Shown here: positions 48,153-61,356 of the stretch, one piece after another
Numbering within the stretch: position 1 is the stretch's first letter
How the letters are laid out: each line of letters begins with the position of its first letter
From: Oopsacas minuta
Lineage: Eukaryota; Animalia; Porifera
Length of the DNA: 64,000 nucleotides
Assembly: GCA_024704765.1 (NCBI GenBank)
Contig: JAKMXF010000315.1
Location: forward strand, 124,001-188,000
Reading direction: 5' to 3'
Program-made: the position numbers and the translations under genes
Notes under the pieces: generated by a model
Database searches by the model: none
The model's input: only the letters and a program-made list of their open reading frames with translations
What the model was told of the DNA's origin: nothing

Positions 48153-51100
48153 TACACAATAGAAAGACCCTATTAACTAAACTTATAAAACTGGATAACT
48201 ATTATGGCTTATTGTATGTTCGTATACATTTTTGATGGAATTTCTTCGAATTTCTAGGATTGCTATTTAATGTTGTTCTTAAGGAAAATATCACTAAATG
48301 AATTATTTAACGAGTGTTTAAGAACATGAAGGTCATCTCTTGATACTTAAACTAACATTTCACAAATAGAAGGTATTTTGATAAAAAGGATTAGTTTAAG
48401 TTTAGAGAATTTAAGAAAAAATTTAGAAAAATGAAAAAATTACCAAACATGTGCATGAACTTTGATTGCGTCATTATAGATAAAATAACTTGGAAAGCAG
48501 GTTTAAAAGTACCCAGATGTCTCCGCCGTATGTGGAATCCTATTCACAGTTAAATTTGTAATGATAACAGCAATCCCTCATGATCAGACAGAATATAATC
48601 AATGGTTTGGAAATAATTTTCGTAATTCTTTGCTTAGCTAGCAGTGTATATAGTAGGCCATGATTCACTCATTGTATTGGAAATGTCACTAGGTTTCCAT
48701 TTGAGATATCTACAATTTTGCGTAGGTGAGTCACTTGTTGAAATTACAAATTTCTATTCTAGAGTCAGATTGCTGGGTCGCTATGGAAAATATCTTTTAA
48801 TATGGTTAAAGTGACCAATAAATTGTGGGATATCTGATGCTGAGTAAGAATCTGGTAGTTCAAAGCTGATCCAAAGAATATTTGCAAAGGTGGGCCCCTG
48901 GAGGATGTATTTGCGAATTAGCAGAGAGTTGCTAATTAAATACAAGATGGAATAAAAAATGTATCCGTCCGAGGTAGTTCCTTCCTAATATCATTGAAGA
49001 GCCTCGCAAGAACAAGTGTGCCAATTTTCATGCATTTATCCAGAATAAAATACATTAGACACCTAATAAGAAATGTAACAACATTCCATTTAAATTTGTC
49101 TTAACCCCTTTGAATGGGGAATCTGGGCCTAGCTCGAGCAAGTTCGAGACTTGGACGAAAATTTCATGCAAATGAATTATGACGTCATTGCACCCTTTTG
49201 AATTTTAGAAAAATCAAATTATTAACCATTGCTCAGCCAATATGCACGCTAGGAGATTTAAATTTGAATCAAAGGTACCCCTCAATGTGACAAATGTCCT
49301 GGCGTTATGATTTTGATGAAAAGATGACCCATCATGGATCATTTTATCATAAGGAATGTACCAAAAATATATAATGGCACGAAGTGCCACGATCACTAAC
49401 CAAGAACGATATAGCACGTCCAGGATCCCCACAGAAGGCCATCGAATGAAATTTTGATTATGCATGGATCGTAAAATTCTAAAATTCTATTATCCATCAA
49501 AGCGAAGTGTATATGTTCGATACTGAATCCAACCTTAGACACTAAGCTGCGCACAACGACCAATCAATCCAAGTGCGCTAGTTATCGTAAATTTTGTTTT
49601 TCTACATTGACCTTCTAGGTCCGTAAGTTTCTTAGTTGTCTTACATTTTGAATGAATAGAGGATGCTATCGTTTGTATTGTTAATAATACATGGTTATGA
49701 ACATATTATGTAAATCTCAGTTACTTGTCCAAAATTTATAGTAAAAATTCCAGAAAAAATACATTTAATTATACTATTACTTAAATCATATGATTAAATG
49801 ATGACAAATAACTCGTTTGCATGTTACTATACGTTAGTCAATAAGTGGAAAGTTTGTCGATTGTCTCAAACTATCACTTACCGAGATCTAAATATTACGA
49901 AAATAAAATGAATCTATAGCAATGTATTGCAATCGAATTCGGTTTTTCTAACTATTCATTAGCAAGAAAATATCCTATCTCTAAAGAATGTGTGACTTAT
50001 ATACGAATACTTCGGTATATTCTTACTATAGATAATACCTATAGTAAGTTTATAAGGATGGAAATGTATGTAAGCACACGTACCAAATTCTGAAAAATTT
50101 GTTAGTTAGATGTCCAGTCTGGTGGTGCACTTAAATGATCTGGGACTTTTTGGTCTTAGAAAGATTTCAGGTAAATTTTTATACTAGGTTGTGTCAACTA
50201 TCATAATATTCAATATTATTGGCCCGACTTTACTTCATGTTTTATCTTCAACTCTGATGTTCATACTTCTTCCCTGTCTCTATATTGAAACGAAACTCTA
50301 ACAGCAATATGAAATATGTTCCAAAAGGTGTGAAAATATGAATAATTAATGATAAGACAGACGTCAGATATAGATTTGTAAATAAGTATCAAAATATTAA
50401 TCAGAATAACGGATGAATCCTGTTATGAATTAAAATGGTAGTTCTGATAAAACAGTTTCAATAGACGCACTTGCATCATAGAAGAAATTCTACAGATAAA
50501 TACAACCAAACATCTTTGATGTTCTGTTTGTATGTTTGATAAATACATTACAAGAAACTGATCTTAAGAAGTGTACAGTCTTCGCTATATATTAATACGA
50601 TATTTATTTTAGAAAGAAAGATTATTACGAAGTCAAGTTTTGTTTGTTTGTGATTTATTTTATTCACACCACTGACAAAATACATGTAATCTAAATTTTA
50701 TATATACTACATATAGTCCAATTATACGATGTTCAGTTCACTATCCAGTCCAGGAATGTCCAGGAATCTTTCAGTAATAATTGAAAATGTTCAGGATTAT
50801 CACGTAAATCTTCTGGTGCTCTATTCGGAGTGCTAGATTTCGTAGGGCTATTCTGAATGACTTACTTGCGTACGTAGGTCAGGATGTTCCACATCGTCCA
50901 TACCATTAGAGCATCTCGCTAAAGGAGATGCACTAAAACAGATAAGGAATATTAAACTGAAGTAGGAAAAATCAGTTTCTACTGTACTAACAAACAGAAG
51001 CTACCATCAGTATTCATACAAATTATATAAAAAATATCAAGAAAGCTGACAGACCTGGGAGCAATGGCGGAGCAAGACCGCAGCCCCAGATGGGCTTAAA

Positions 51101-52126
51101 GGCGTGAGATTATCTTTATAAAGGTGGACTTAGCTAGCTTTTCTGTTTCGTAGTACACATAGAGTGAATGCCAGTCATAAGAATCATAACTCGATTTACC
51201 AAATCTTTTGTAACTTGCTCCATTGAATTTTCCGGATGTTAGAAAATTCCATTCCGGTTACAAGAACATGCTGGTTATAAGAAACATCTTCAGAAAACGG
51301 TTCTCAAATACTCCTGAATATTTTATGCAGGTTATAAGACCAGGTTCTTATATACGACATCAACTGTTCTCACAATATAATACAATGTGAGACAATCTTC
51401 AATCCTTTTCTTTATTGATTGATTATTATACCTCATTTAACCTCTCCTATTAAAAACTCCATTACAACTTCATTATAAGTATACACGTATACGTATTTAG
51501 CTGAAATTAATGCGAAATATTACACCCTATGAAGTCAGAGAAACGAAAACGTGCTACCATCTCGATCTAAAACAAAGTTGGGCGTGATACGAACTGTCGC
51601 GAGTGTGGCTGACAAATATAGCGTTTCTAGGCGGTCAGTTAGTAAGATAAGGAAAAGAAGAGTAAAAATGGCGAAATTATTTTCTGATGAGCAAAAAGTA
51701 GGCTCGAAAAGGGTGAGGTTATCCAAGGAAATTGATATTGATGAAGCTCTTTATTAGGAAGAAGGGGGATACAGGGTGCTCGTATTTCGGGCCCAATGCT
51801 TATTGAGAAAGCAAGTCAACTCCCAGCTGAAATGATTACAGAGGTGGAAATGTGGCATAGCATCATTTTACAGAAACAACAGGGAGAAATCAAGAGGCGT
51901 ATACTTGCGCTACTGAAACTTGGGCTGAGTTCGTAGTGCCCAAACTACGAGAGTATTTCAACCAGATATTTCCAATGTAGTGAGACTAAGCTTTACTTTC
52001 AAGGGTCCCCAGAGCGTGAACATAGCTTGAAAATGATCAACAATGTGGTGAGAAGAAAACTAAAGAGGATAACTGTTCTTGTTTGTGCTAATAGGAATGG
52101 AGAGGAAAAATGTCCATCATTGATTG

Positions 52127-54327
52127 CACAGGCCTACACGTTTTAGTTGTATTGATTTTGTCAACTGATATATACTAATTCTGTGTTGCTGATTCCGATT
52201 ATTTAGTCACTTTCTCCCTAATACGTCAAGCTATCTCACAATCCCATTACTACATTTATAGAACAAAATTGGTTTCAACCCTTATATGTTAGATTGGATC
52301 AATTAAATTTCTGAAAATATCAATATCTCATACACTAAGAATAGCGATATAATTGTTACTAATATGAATGGAAGAAAGTGATACTATAAACATGTAATAT
52401 GAACACTATTCAATCTAAAAACTTTCTCTTGTTTGACTTTCTTGAATGTTGTTCGTTAGGACAATCTCTCTTTAGGCACCAACAGTAATCTAGCATCATA
52501 TGTGTGCCCCCAACTTCCTTGATATCGCTATTCCATCACTTTTATGTCTTGATGGAATCGTTCACCTTGTTCTTCACTCATATCACCTTGAGTATCCGGA
52601 AATCTATCAAGATGGTTTCTCAAATAATGAATTTTAATACTCATATTACAGTCAGGAGCATGATAGCTGTCGACTAACTCTGTGACTAGTTCTTTGTAGT
52701 TGGATGCCTTTTTATCACCAAGGAAATTAGATAAAGCCTGCCACGCTCTCTTCTCTTCCTCGTTCATTGAATCTTTGAAGCTGTTGTCCCAAAGTAACTT
52801 GCGAATCTGTGGACCTTCAAATATCCCTGCCTTTTTCCTCTCTTCACTGATTTCTGGAAAATAATTTCGGATATACTTGAAAAAATGTCTTTAGCCAGTG
52901 CTTTGATGAATTGCTTCATTAAACCAAGCTTAATGTGGAGAGGAGGTAGAATTATTTATTTGTATGTACCAGAGGGTTATTTGTTACATTTTTGTCCCCA
53001 ACTTTCAAACATTCTCTCGGAGGTCACTTTTCCCTTATCCAATGCTGGTTCATATCTCTACTGTTCCAATAACAAAGAAAACAGGGGTACTTAGTGAACC
53101 CAGATTGTTGTCCTAATAGAAAGTTGACCATTTTGAGATCACCACAGATTACCAAATCATGTGCAGAGTAGTTAATATTCTCTAATATCTCTTTCACATT
53201 ATTGTACTCTTCTTTGAGTTTAACTAAATATCCTATAGGAATTGACAGATATATGTCGATTATGGAGTAGTACACATTTCAGACTCCTTTTGGAGTTTTC
53301 AATAAACAGCCTCCAGTCACTTGGATTGTAGTTCGGAACTCCCATTGCCAGTAGAAGACCCTCAACATTTGGACAAAACACCAAACCATTCTTTTCGCAG
53401 AAATACTGCTGAAACTCTTGCTCCCTGTAACGATATAATGTTACCTTTGTTCCTTAATGGAGTAGATTCTTTTCTTTCAATATAGATGCAAGCAACTCAG
53501 AAGATTCTTTCGAGAGGTCAAGGTCACAAATTAAATCATTCAATTCCGCTTGATTAAATAGAGAAGGCTCCGAGGAAGGACCTTGAAAATCAACATCATA
53601 TCCACAGTCATGTTCATTGACTTCCGATTTGGCATCATCTTCATCATGATAGAGTTCGAGAAACTCTGTAAATATTGGTACAGGTATATTACTACAATGA
53701 GGGACTGGTCGAATAGCAGATTCTAAATTTGGGAAATTCAGCAGGTGTTTGTTACTCTTTTTGCAACCCATAACATTTACCATGCAGAAATAACAATCAT
53801 CGAAATGATTTTTTGATTCTATCCAAATCATAGGAATTCCGAAAGGGAGGTGTTTCTCTTTACCCTTACTCCAAGACCTCAATAATTCTACACAAGATTT
53901 ACAGACCTTATGAGGTGCCCAACTTTTGTCCTGGTCGCCCAGCTTAACTTTGAAATACGCATGGTAAGCTCTATCCACAAAATAAGTAATATTCTGCATC
54001 TGAGGTTCCGGAGTATAGAAACCACAAATATAACAAAAAGTGTCTGGAGAATTAAAACACTTTCATTTCGACATATCAACAAAAAAGTACAACAGACTAG
54101 TTAAAAACCAATAAGCAAATAAGACTATTTGAATATATATACTATGTACATAATGTTATTGTTGTAATATGTAACCATGATGAATTTTTGGCAAAAATCG
54201 AAATTTTTCTGAAAATGTAGCTTTATAGTTGTGAAAAAACCTGACGTGATAAGAAAGAACCTAAATTAGTCTAAATCAGTGATCAAAATATAAAAAACTG
54301 CAATATAACATTATTTATAGGCCTGTG
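52127..54327 (-). mobile_element. Decayed Chapaev3-type element C
   Basis: Termini CACAGGCCTA / TAGGCCTGTG, TSD TTG (52124-52126) vs TTA (54328-54330). Removal restores the pogo frame L-I-I-G-K. Confidence 0.9.
52410..54074 (-). pseudogene. Chapaev3-type transposase C, fragmented
   Basis: MSK*KCFNSPDTFCYICG, GDQDKSWAPHKVCKSC, PFGIPMIW, ICGDLKMVNFLLGQQSGFTKYPCFLC, SEEQGERFHQDI. Confidence 0.92.
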
Positions 54328-56510
54328 TTATTGGCAAAACAAATCCAGAGGGTTCCCCAATGATCCCTCAAAATTGCCAGTGAATTATAGAAATTCAAAA
54401 ACGCTTGGATGACAGGAGAAATTTTCAAGGAGTGGCTTGAAGTTTGCGATAGATAGCCTAGATTAAATAGAGGCATATCTTCTTACAGGTTGATAATTGC
54501 ACAGCCCATCACAAAGAAGTAAAAGTAGAAAATATCAATCTCCACTTTCCACAACCCAATAAGATTTCATTAATACAACCGATGGATATGGATGGATACA
54601 CAATCTTACTACAGAAGCAAATTGAATAACAGAGTACCCTCTATGCTGATGGAATTGCAACTGTCTTTGGTGCATGGAATTTTGTGAAACCTTCGACAAT
54701 AATTAATTGCTTCAGAAAGAGAGGGATGGTAGTATAAATAGTAATATCAACGAAGATCAAGCGGTTGAAGAAGATGTCCCTATACTATTGTCAATGACAG
54801 TTGATGATAAGGAACTTTCTGGAGTCAGATAGAGGCATAAGAAATTTAATAGATGTGATAGATTCTGACACAGATGAGAATGAAGTTATTCAGTCAATGA
54901 AAGGAAGACCGAAACTCAAAGAGGGGGCTAGAGTCACGAATTACAGCCAGAAAGTATGCTCAACATTTAGGGCAAGATGAGAATATCCCACTTTGTGAAG
55001 TTGAAGATATTTAAAAGTTGATATTATTGAGGACAAAAAACAATCGAGTATGGATGAGTTTCCCCAAAAACTGATACATTTGCTATTAGCACATACGTAA
55101 AATTAGGTTATTGTAGTACGTACATAATATTTGTCGTATGCACTACTGAAACTTATAGATATTCTAATACAAGTACACCTCTCTAAATAACTGTTTAGAT
55201 TTTTAGTAAGTACAATTATGTTCCTTATGTTCTCATAACTGGCATTCCGATTATAAGAACAAGCAGGATATAAGAACATTAAGACTAATTCCGATGATGT
55301 TCATATAATCTGCATCCACTGCAACAATCATAATAAGTTTGTAAAATGCACCTTATATGAAATATAGATAATAGTTCAATGAGATCAATAATTATTCAAG
55401 GCAAAGTAAATATCTGTGCGGGATTCGCTTGTTCGAGCTGCAGGGCTTGGAACATCACGTGGCCGCATATGCTCAGCATTATGTAATCGTACGCTCCAAA
55501 TAGATAAATGTCCTATACCGACCTTAGTTGATGGGACTTAGAGAATCTTCAATGAGGACTAGTCCATCTAGCCGCCACTTCCTAGGAGGTCTATATAGAC
55601 AAACATAATTTAAAGAAAATTCTGATATTGCTCTAATTAGACTAAGCTCGCCAAGAAGAGGTCACTCGATGGGTTTAGGAAAAATATTGAAAGTGGAATG
55701 TTATTAAATTTCTTAGTCATATTCCTAAGTTGATATGGAAAAATATCTCCAAGTGTTTCGGAAGTAGTACCCTCACTAATATTGTTCAGGAGCCTTGCAA
55801 GATAAAATATGGCAATTTTCATACATTTATCCACAATTATGAGCACAAGGCACCAGACTAGAAGAGAAATTTGTAATCTTGACAAATCACTCACAAGCAA
55901 AAATGTGAAACTAGCAAATAGAAGCCCAATGACATTTCCTTTAGAATGAATTAATTATCTCGATAAACAGTTATTTTTCAAAAAAATTTAAATAAATAAC
56001 AGGTTATAATAAGGATAAATTCATTGTATTATGATTCTTAACAGTAGCAAAATGAATGTCCAAAATATAAACTTTGCTACTTTATAGTTCTGGTTTACTT
56101 TTAGAGTTGGTTTCAGCTTCAGTTTTAGCTAACAGTTAGAACTCGAAACTCAGTTTACAGATGTTTTTCTGATTCCCCATAAGTAAAAACTTAAGTATAG
56201 CAGTTTACAAAATACTTTTCGAATTAGTCAAATTAAGGTTTTTTGTTTCTAAATTTTCACAGAAGTAGAAACAATAGGATGATGGAGGTGAAAATGCCTT
56301 GTTGGAGTTCCCCATTTATAAGAAAGGGTAAATACTGAAATTATGAAAAGTGGGGGGCTAAGAACGCCACTGCATGGGATCTCAGGGATTAAATATCTTT
56401 CTACAAAAATATCATAAATTGTCATAATCAAGCATATGCAACAGTTATCGTAGTGACCATGGATGTCATAAGTTTGAAAATATCAACCATTAACTTGATA
56501 ACATCTAATC

Positions 56511-56632
56511 CAGCGATTGGCAACTAATTTCACTCTTGCACACACTATACTGAAAATACCACATTGTGTGGACCCCAGTTACCGTCTGGGGACCACCAAG
56601 TGATCTGTGTACGCCCAGGTTGGGAAACGCTG
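56511..56632. mobile_element. Short Charlie-type hAT MITE (tentative)
   Basis: CAGCGATTGGCAAC ... GGTTGGGAAACGCTG ends. Flanks only partly match as an 8-bp TSD. Confidence 0.38.
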
Positions 56633-56699
56633 CCTTAATGTTATGTAAACAATCTTACAGCCATATAAATATACCCTACTGACAATGCCCCAATAATAC

Positions 56700-57940
56700 T
56701 GTTTGATTCCAGATATGAATATATGGACTTCCTGATCACTCATTCCATACACTATAGATATGGTATTGAATTGCTACGCGATGCATTTGGATCAGAGATA
56801 CGTCAAGTAAGTCCAAAGGAATTCTATTAGTCAAGATAATTACCAATCTTAAACTTTGACACGAATAAATGGGTTGTTTATATTTGACATTGCTCATAGT
56901 ATTCATCTGGAAAGTATTTACAGATAAAAATGTGGTCACCTAATTGCTTAGTTAGCAAATTTATCCGAAAAATATTCCAGTTTTATAACTCGAAAATAGG
57001 AAATTACTACGTTTACGGTTTCAAAATATATACCATGGGATCGAAGCATGTTGCTGTACACAAGAAAATTTATCATTATATGTTTCGACCGTTCTAGAGT
57101 TATATTAGTGACCATGGATGGCATATATTTGCCAATATTCACCAGTAACATGATAATTTTAATGCTATGGCAAAATAATCTGCAGACATTCAGTATATAC
57201 ACTGCTTCTTATACCCTGATAACACATTTGAAATGACATCTCTGATGATTATGACGCTTGAAAACAACAATCCATGATATAGTTGATGACTGAATAACAT
57301 CTTTTTGGAGGTTCATATTAAAAGTTCTTTCAGGGAATGGGAAATCACGTATACGAATATACGATATATCTGTGAGATGATTTGGCCATAGTCTTGAAGG
57401 TTATCAAGTTCAAGGTGGATATTGGAAAAATATGTCACCCAGGGCAAATACTATAGCTCTCGAACGCGAGAATTTCGGATGACAAAATTGGATATGATGA
57501 ATAGCAACATCCTTCGATCCCATGTTGTAAAATTTGAAAACGTAAATGTGTACATTAACCTGAATCTAGTAGTGGAGTTTTAGTATAAATGGAAAAATAT
57601 TATTTCAATTTCAATTGAAATTCAAATAATCTCCATTGTCAGTTTCAATTCACGTAGACAGCATTGGGTCAGTTCCTATTTACAGAGTTTGCAAACTGGA
57701 GTATTTTGGGGGTAATGTTGCTAAGTAAGCAATCAGATTACTGAAATAGGTGACAATGTGGACTATAAGTAATGTAAAACATCGACAATATATTTACTCG
57801 GGCCAAAATGTACCATATCAAATTATAGAATTTAATATAATTCTTTTGGACCGACTTAACTTATCCTTGATCCAAGGCCAGCTATCAACACCATTACCTA
57901 AGTGTATAGAATTCTATGGGGCTTCCTATAGTCCATGGTT
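56700..57940. repeat. Old diverged ~1.2-kb palindrome (foldback element)
   Basis: ~56740-57170 is collinear with the reverse complement of ~57395-57915 (e.g. CATGGGATCGAAG.ATGTTGCT, ATTGCTTA.TTAGCAA). The right arm has a ~100-bp insertion; the spacer is ~220 bp. Confidence 0.65.
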
Positions 57941-58109
57941 AGGCCATATAAGCTAGTGAACATGCCTTTATGATTTGAAAATATTGAAAAATCATGCATC
58001 CCTTAGATATGTTATAGTAACAAACGAAATAGAGGTGAAGAAATTTCTAGAGAATTATTCCATAAATATTAAGATACTAATGAGGAGAAGGGAAAATATA
58101 TTAACATAC

Positions 58110-58500
58110 TTGTTCCCTTAGATTCAGGTCTTCTGTTTCGAGTACAGAATGCAAATTCTTCAAACCAGATATGGATATGTTTTTCCTAAGATTTTCAATA
58201 ACTTCAATAGCATCAAGAGTAGTTAAACGTCGTGGAGAGTTGATTAAGCTGTTATCTCTTGCCATGATAGGTATGAGGATTTCCCGGCCTCTTGTTCTCT
58301 GCCTGTTAGTGCTTTGGCATGACTCAGTCCTGGAAACTAGCGGATAATTTCTTACACCTTGATAGTAAGAGGAATTAGTTGAAGAATTTCCGGAATAATT
58401 GGATGTGTTAGTAGTGCGGACGAAAGTAGGATCAGCAGAACTTTCTACATTTCTAAATCTTCGGGTAGCTAAATAATGAGAGCTTCGGCTCATATTGAAT
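58110..58500 (-). CDS. Putative host-gene coding exon (391 bp); product unknown
   Basis: 130 stop-free codons bounded by an acceptor (TTTACATTATAATTCTATAG) and an in-frame donor (CAA|GTATGT). Ser/Thr/Asn/Arg-rich stretch, then a helical-looking segment. No transposase motif recognised. Confidence 0.55.
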
Positions 58501-59999
58501 CTATAGAATTATAATGTAAATAACGTCAACAATGATTGTATCGTACAGTATACGAATACTCGATAAAGCTGCTATGATAAAAATATTGCTATGCAACTTG
58601 AAAACAGTGCTGGGGTAGAGTGAGACTGCATTTCATGGTTTCACACCTGGGTGGACAACAGGAAAAGTTACAACCTAGAATGGTAATCATTAGCTTAATT
58701 GAGTGAAGCAGGAAAAGGCACAAAGACAAATACACACCAAACCGCAATGTACAAGGCATAGGAAAAGGTTAAAACAGCAGCCGCAAATTATGTGATAGTC
58801 TAAATGAAGGTAGGCTGAAAATCAAAGCCCACACAATAGGAGTAGTGCTGTCAGGTCCCAGAAAATTAAATACAACGTATATATGAATGGATGCTCATTT
58901 CTAAGTATTTTACCTTTGCATTCTTGGGTTATTATTAAAATATAGTTAATCATAGCCTACTAATAAAATAAAAGCTGCTCAATTATTCATCAGGGTAGGC
59001 AAGTGGAGGAAATTCAAAATCCATAATAGCCCCAAAGGGCCGTTAGGAAAGTAAAGAGGTTGAAAAGGTTGGTGGACCCAGAATTATTTTTCAAGGAAAA
59101 CAAAAAATAATTCATTCATGAAAAAATTCTGATCGAAATGACGAGAACTGTTAGCGTGATTGTATAAAAAAAATGCTCCTTCTTTCAGACATAATAGAAA
59201 GTGAATGGTTGATATATGCTCAGAATGTTGAAATACAAAATTATCTAACATATTTACAGTACAAAATATAAGAATTGGTCATGATAATTTTGGCAATTTT
59301 CTGAGTTACAAAAGAGAGCAAGTGTGGTAAATACTTTGCCAAAATCCATTTAATATCCTCTACCAACTAAAAATTAGAATGCTATTCCTCAGAGTTTCAA
59401 TATTTTGTAATGAAAGTAAAATTTCTTTCATATGGCACAAATGTGTATACGAATTTTCAGAATTGAAGTCAATTTTTAAGTGGTATATTTTAAAATCGGA
59501 TTCCGAAGTTCAGGGCTGGAGTTGCTTAACCAAATTAAGGGGGTGGTTAAAACCTTTTAGAAATAGTGGTTACCTAGTTAACAGCTACAATTATTCTTTT
59601 ACACAATCAATGATGTTTTGAGACTAAAATTAGAAATATCAAAGCTTAGTTATTAAATATATGCAATCGTGATACGAATATAATTTTCAAACCAGTTGAA
59701 ATTTGAGAATATGGAACAAAATTAGAACATCTAATATTTACCGAACTACCAGAATTCGCGTATATGGAATTCCGTACCTTTGCAATACTGTATATGGTGG
59801 AAATGACACTTTTCCGTTAACCGGATATGATTTTATCCTAGCAGTTAACTGAATAAAGCAGCGGTTGACCAATTAAGCCGACTAACCGAATCCAACCCTG
59901 CAAAGTTTTAACGTCAGTATTTAAGGAATATTGTGAATTTTTGACCAATTATTTTTCTAAATAGTCATGATGGCTATAAAGAAATTTCCTAATGTACTA

Positions 60000-61334
60000 T
60001 CATGGCGTTCAATAAGTCTTGCGGGTCATGATATATCTTAGGAATTAGTCAAGTAATATATTCAACTTTCATATATTATAAGCCCATATAGTTAAACTCA
60101 ATATACTGAAAGTTTCAAGCTTATTCAATACAAATTATGAATTTTTGAGATAGGTACGTGTAGTCAATTTATACCCACTGTTGAATTTATGGCTTCAAAG
60201 GATGATTATTTCAACCTCAAATGGCGAGCTTACATAGAGTTTCGCACAATACTCAAGATCCAGCCCGTACAGATCTTCAGCGAGTTACAGGAGACATTGT
60301 GCGTGGATTGCCCTTCCAGATCTACTGTAGAGCGATGGGCTGTCCGTTTTAGCTCTGGTGATGCTGATGTCACAGATTTGCCTCGATCTGGGAGACCGGT
60401 ATCCGCCACCACTTCAGAGAATATCGCACTCATTGAAAGTATGGTCATGGAAGACAAGTGCATTACTGTCAATCAGTTATAGCAAAGTATGGAGATTTCA
60501 TCGGAGCTATTCATACAATTCTGACGACTGAGCTTGGCTACCGATCGATTTGTGGGAAATGGGTCTCGCATAAGCTCAGTGAGAATCAAAGGTTGGCAAG
60601 ACTGAATATTGCCAAGAAACTTTTGGAAACTTATGAGAACTGCGATTCTAGACGCTTAACAGAGATTATTACTGGTGACGAGACGTGGGTGTACTATTCA
60701 ACATCATATAGCAAGTATAAGAAGCAATCATGGTGAGGGGCGACGAACACCCGGTGAAAATTTCTAGGCCCAACTACAGAAAACTTAAGATAATGTATAC
60801 CATCTTCTTCAGTAGTCATGGAATTGTCTTGCAATTACCTTGTGAGAATGACAAAGCAGTTACTGCTACATTCTTTACAGAGCATGTGTTTCGAAACTTG
60901 ATAAAGAATATAGAAAGTACCGTCCGAAAACCGGAACGAACTCGAAGAATGAAGATTTTGATTGATAACGCCAGGTCCCATACAGCTAGCTTACCAAAAA
61001 TTTCTTGGATTTAGAAGGGTTAGAATTACTTCCCCATCCACCATACTCACTAGACCTAACACCCGTGTGATATTTGGCTATTCTCCAAGCTTAAAATCTA
61101 CCTTCAAGGCAAAGATTTTAACATATTACAAGCTCTCGGAACGTGCTGTACCAGTACTTCATATCCATCCCCGAAGAAGAGTACAGAAATGTGTTTTACA
61201 AGTGGGTGGAAAGGTTCAAACCTTGTGTATCTGCAGGAGGGGATTACTTTGAATAAATAATATAGTGAATTAGTGTGTATAGTGTTTGCATCATATTCTA
61301 TGATATCACCCGCAAGACTTATTGAACGTCCTAG
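60000..61334 (+). mobile_element. Full-length defective mariner (DD34D)
   Basis: TIRs ..CGTTCAATAAGTCTTGCGGGT at both ends, TA on both sides (59998-59999, 61335-61336). Confidence 0.92.
60189..61256 (+). pseudogene. mariner transposase with several frameshifts
   Basis: PRSGRP, KWVSHKL, ITGDETWV, IDNARSH, LLPHPPYSLDL and terminal GGDYFE*, spread over four ORFs. Confidence 0.92.
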
Positions 61335-61356
61335 TAGTATGAATTATGAATTGCTA

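Larger units (their letters stand above)
46516..48680. repeat. Old foldback element: diverged inverted arms (~46516-46740 and ~48450-48680) flanking the mariner
   Basis: Collinear reverse-complement similarity over ~230 bp (ATATACACTGC.GCTAAGCAA.GAATT, CATTGATTATATTCT, GGAGACATC, AATGACGCAATCAAAG). Confidence 0.7.
51162..55321 (+). mobile_element. Decayed pogo/Tigger-type element (DD30D) split by Chapaev3-C
   Basis: CENP-B-like HTH (VADKYSVSRRSVSKI, ISGPMLIEKA) and ITVLVCAN to the left of the insert. NAWMTGEIFKEW and VD-30 residues-D (LIQPMD) to the right. Degenerate TIRs and ATTCCG.TTA.AAGAAC repeats at both ends. Confidence 0.8.

Noticed and set aside
47969-48157. Hydrophobic N-terminal extension of ORF 47606-48157
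   Set aside because: It runs through the mariner TIR and 5' UTR from a GTG outside the element. The real start is the ATG at 47968.
55637-55900. ORF as the next exon of the 58.1-kb gene
   Set aside because: It overlaps the old repeat family shared with 48660-49050, and the phase-0 frame after the best acceptor stops within seven codons.
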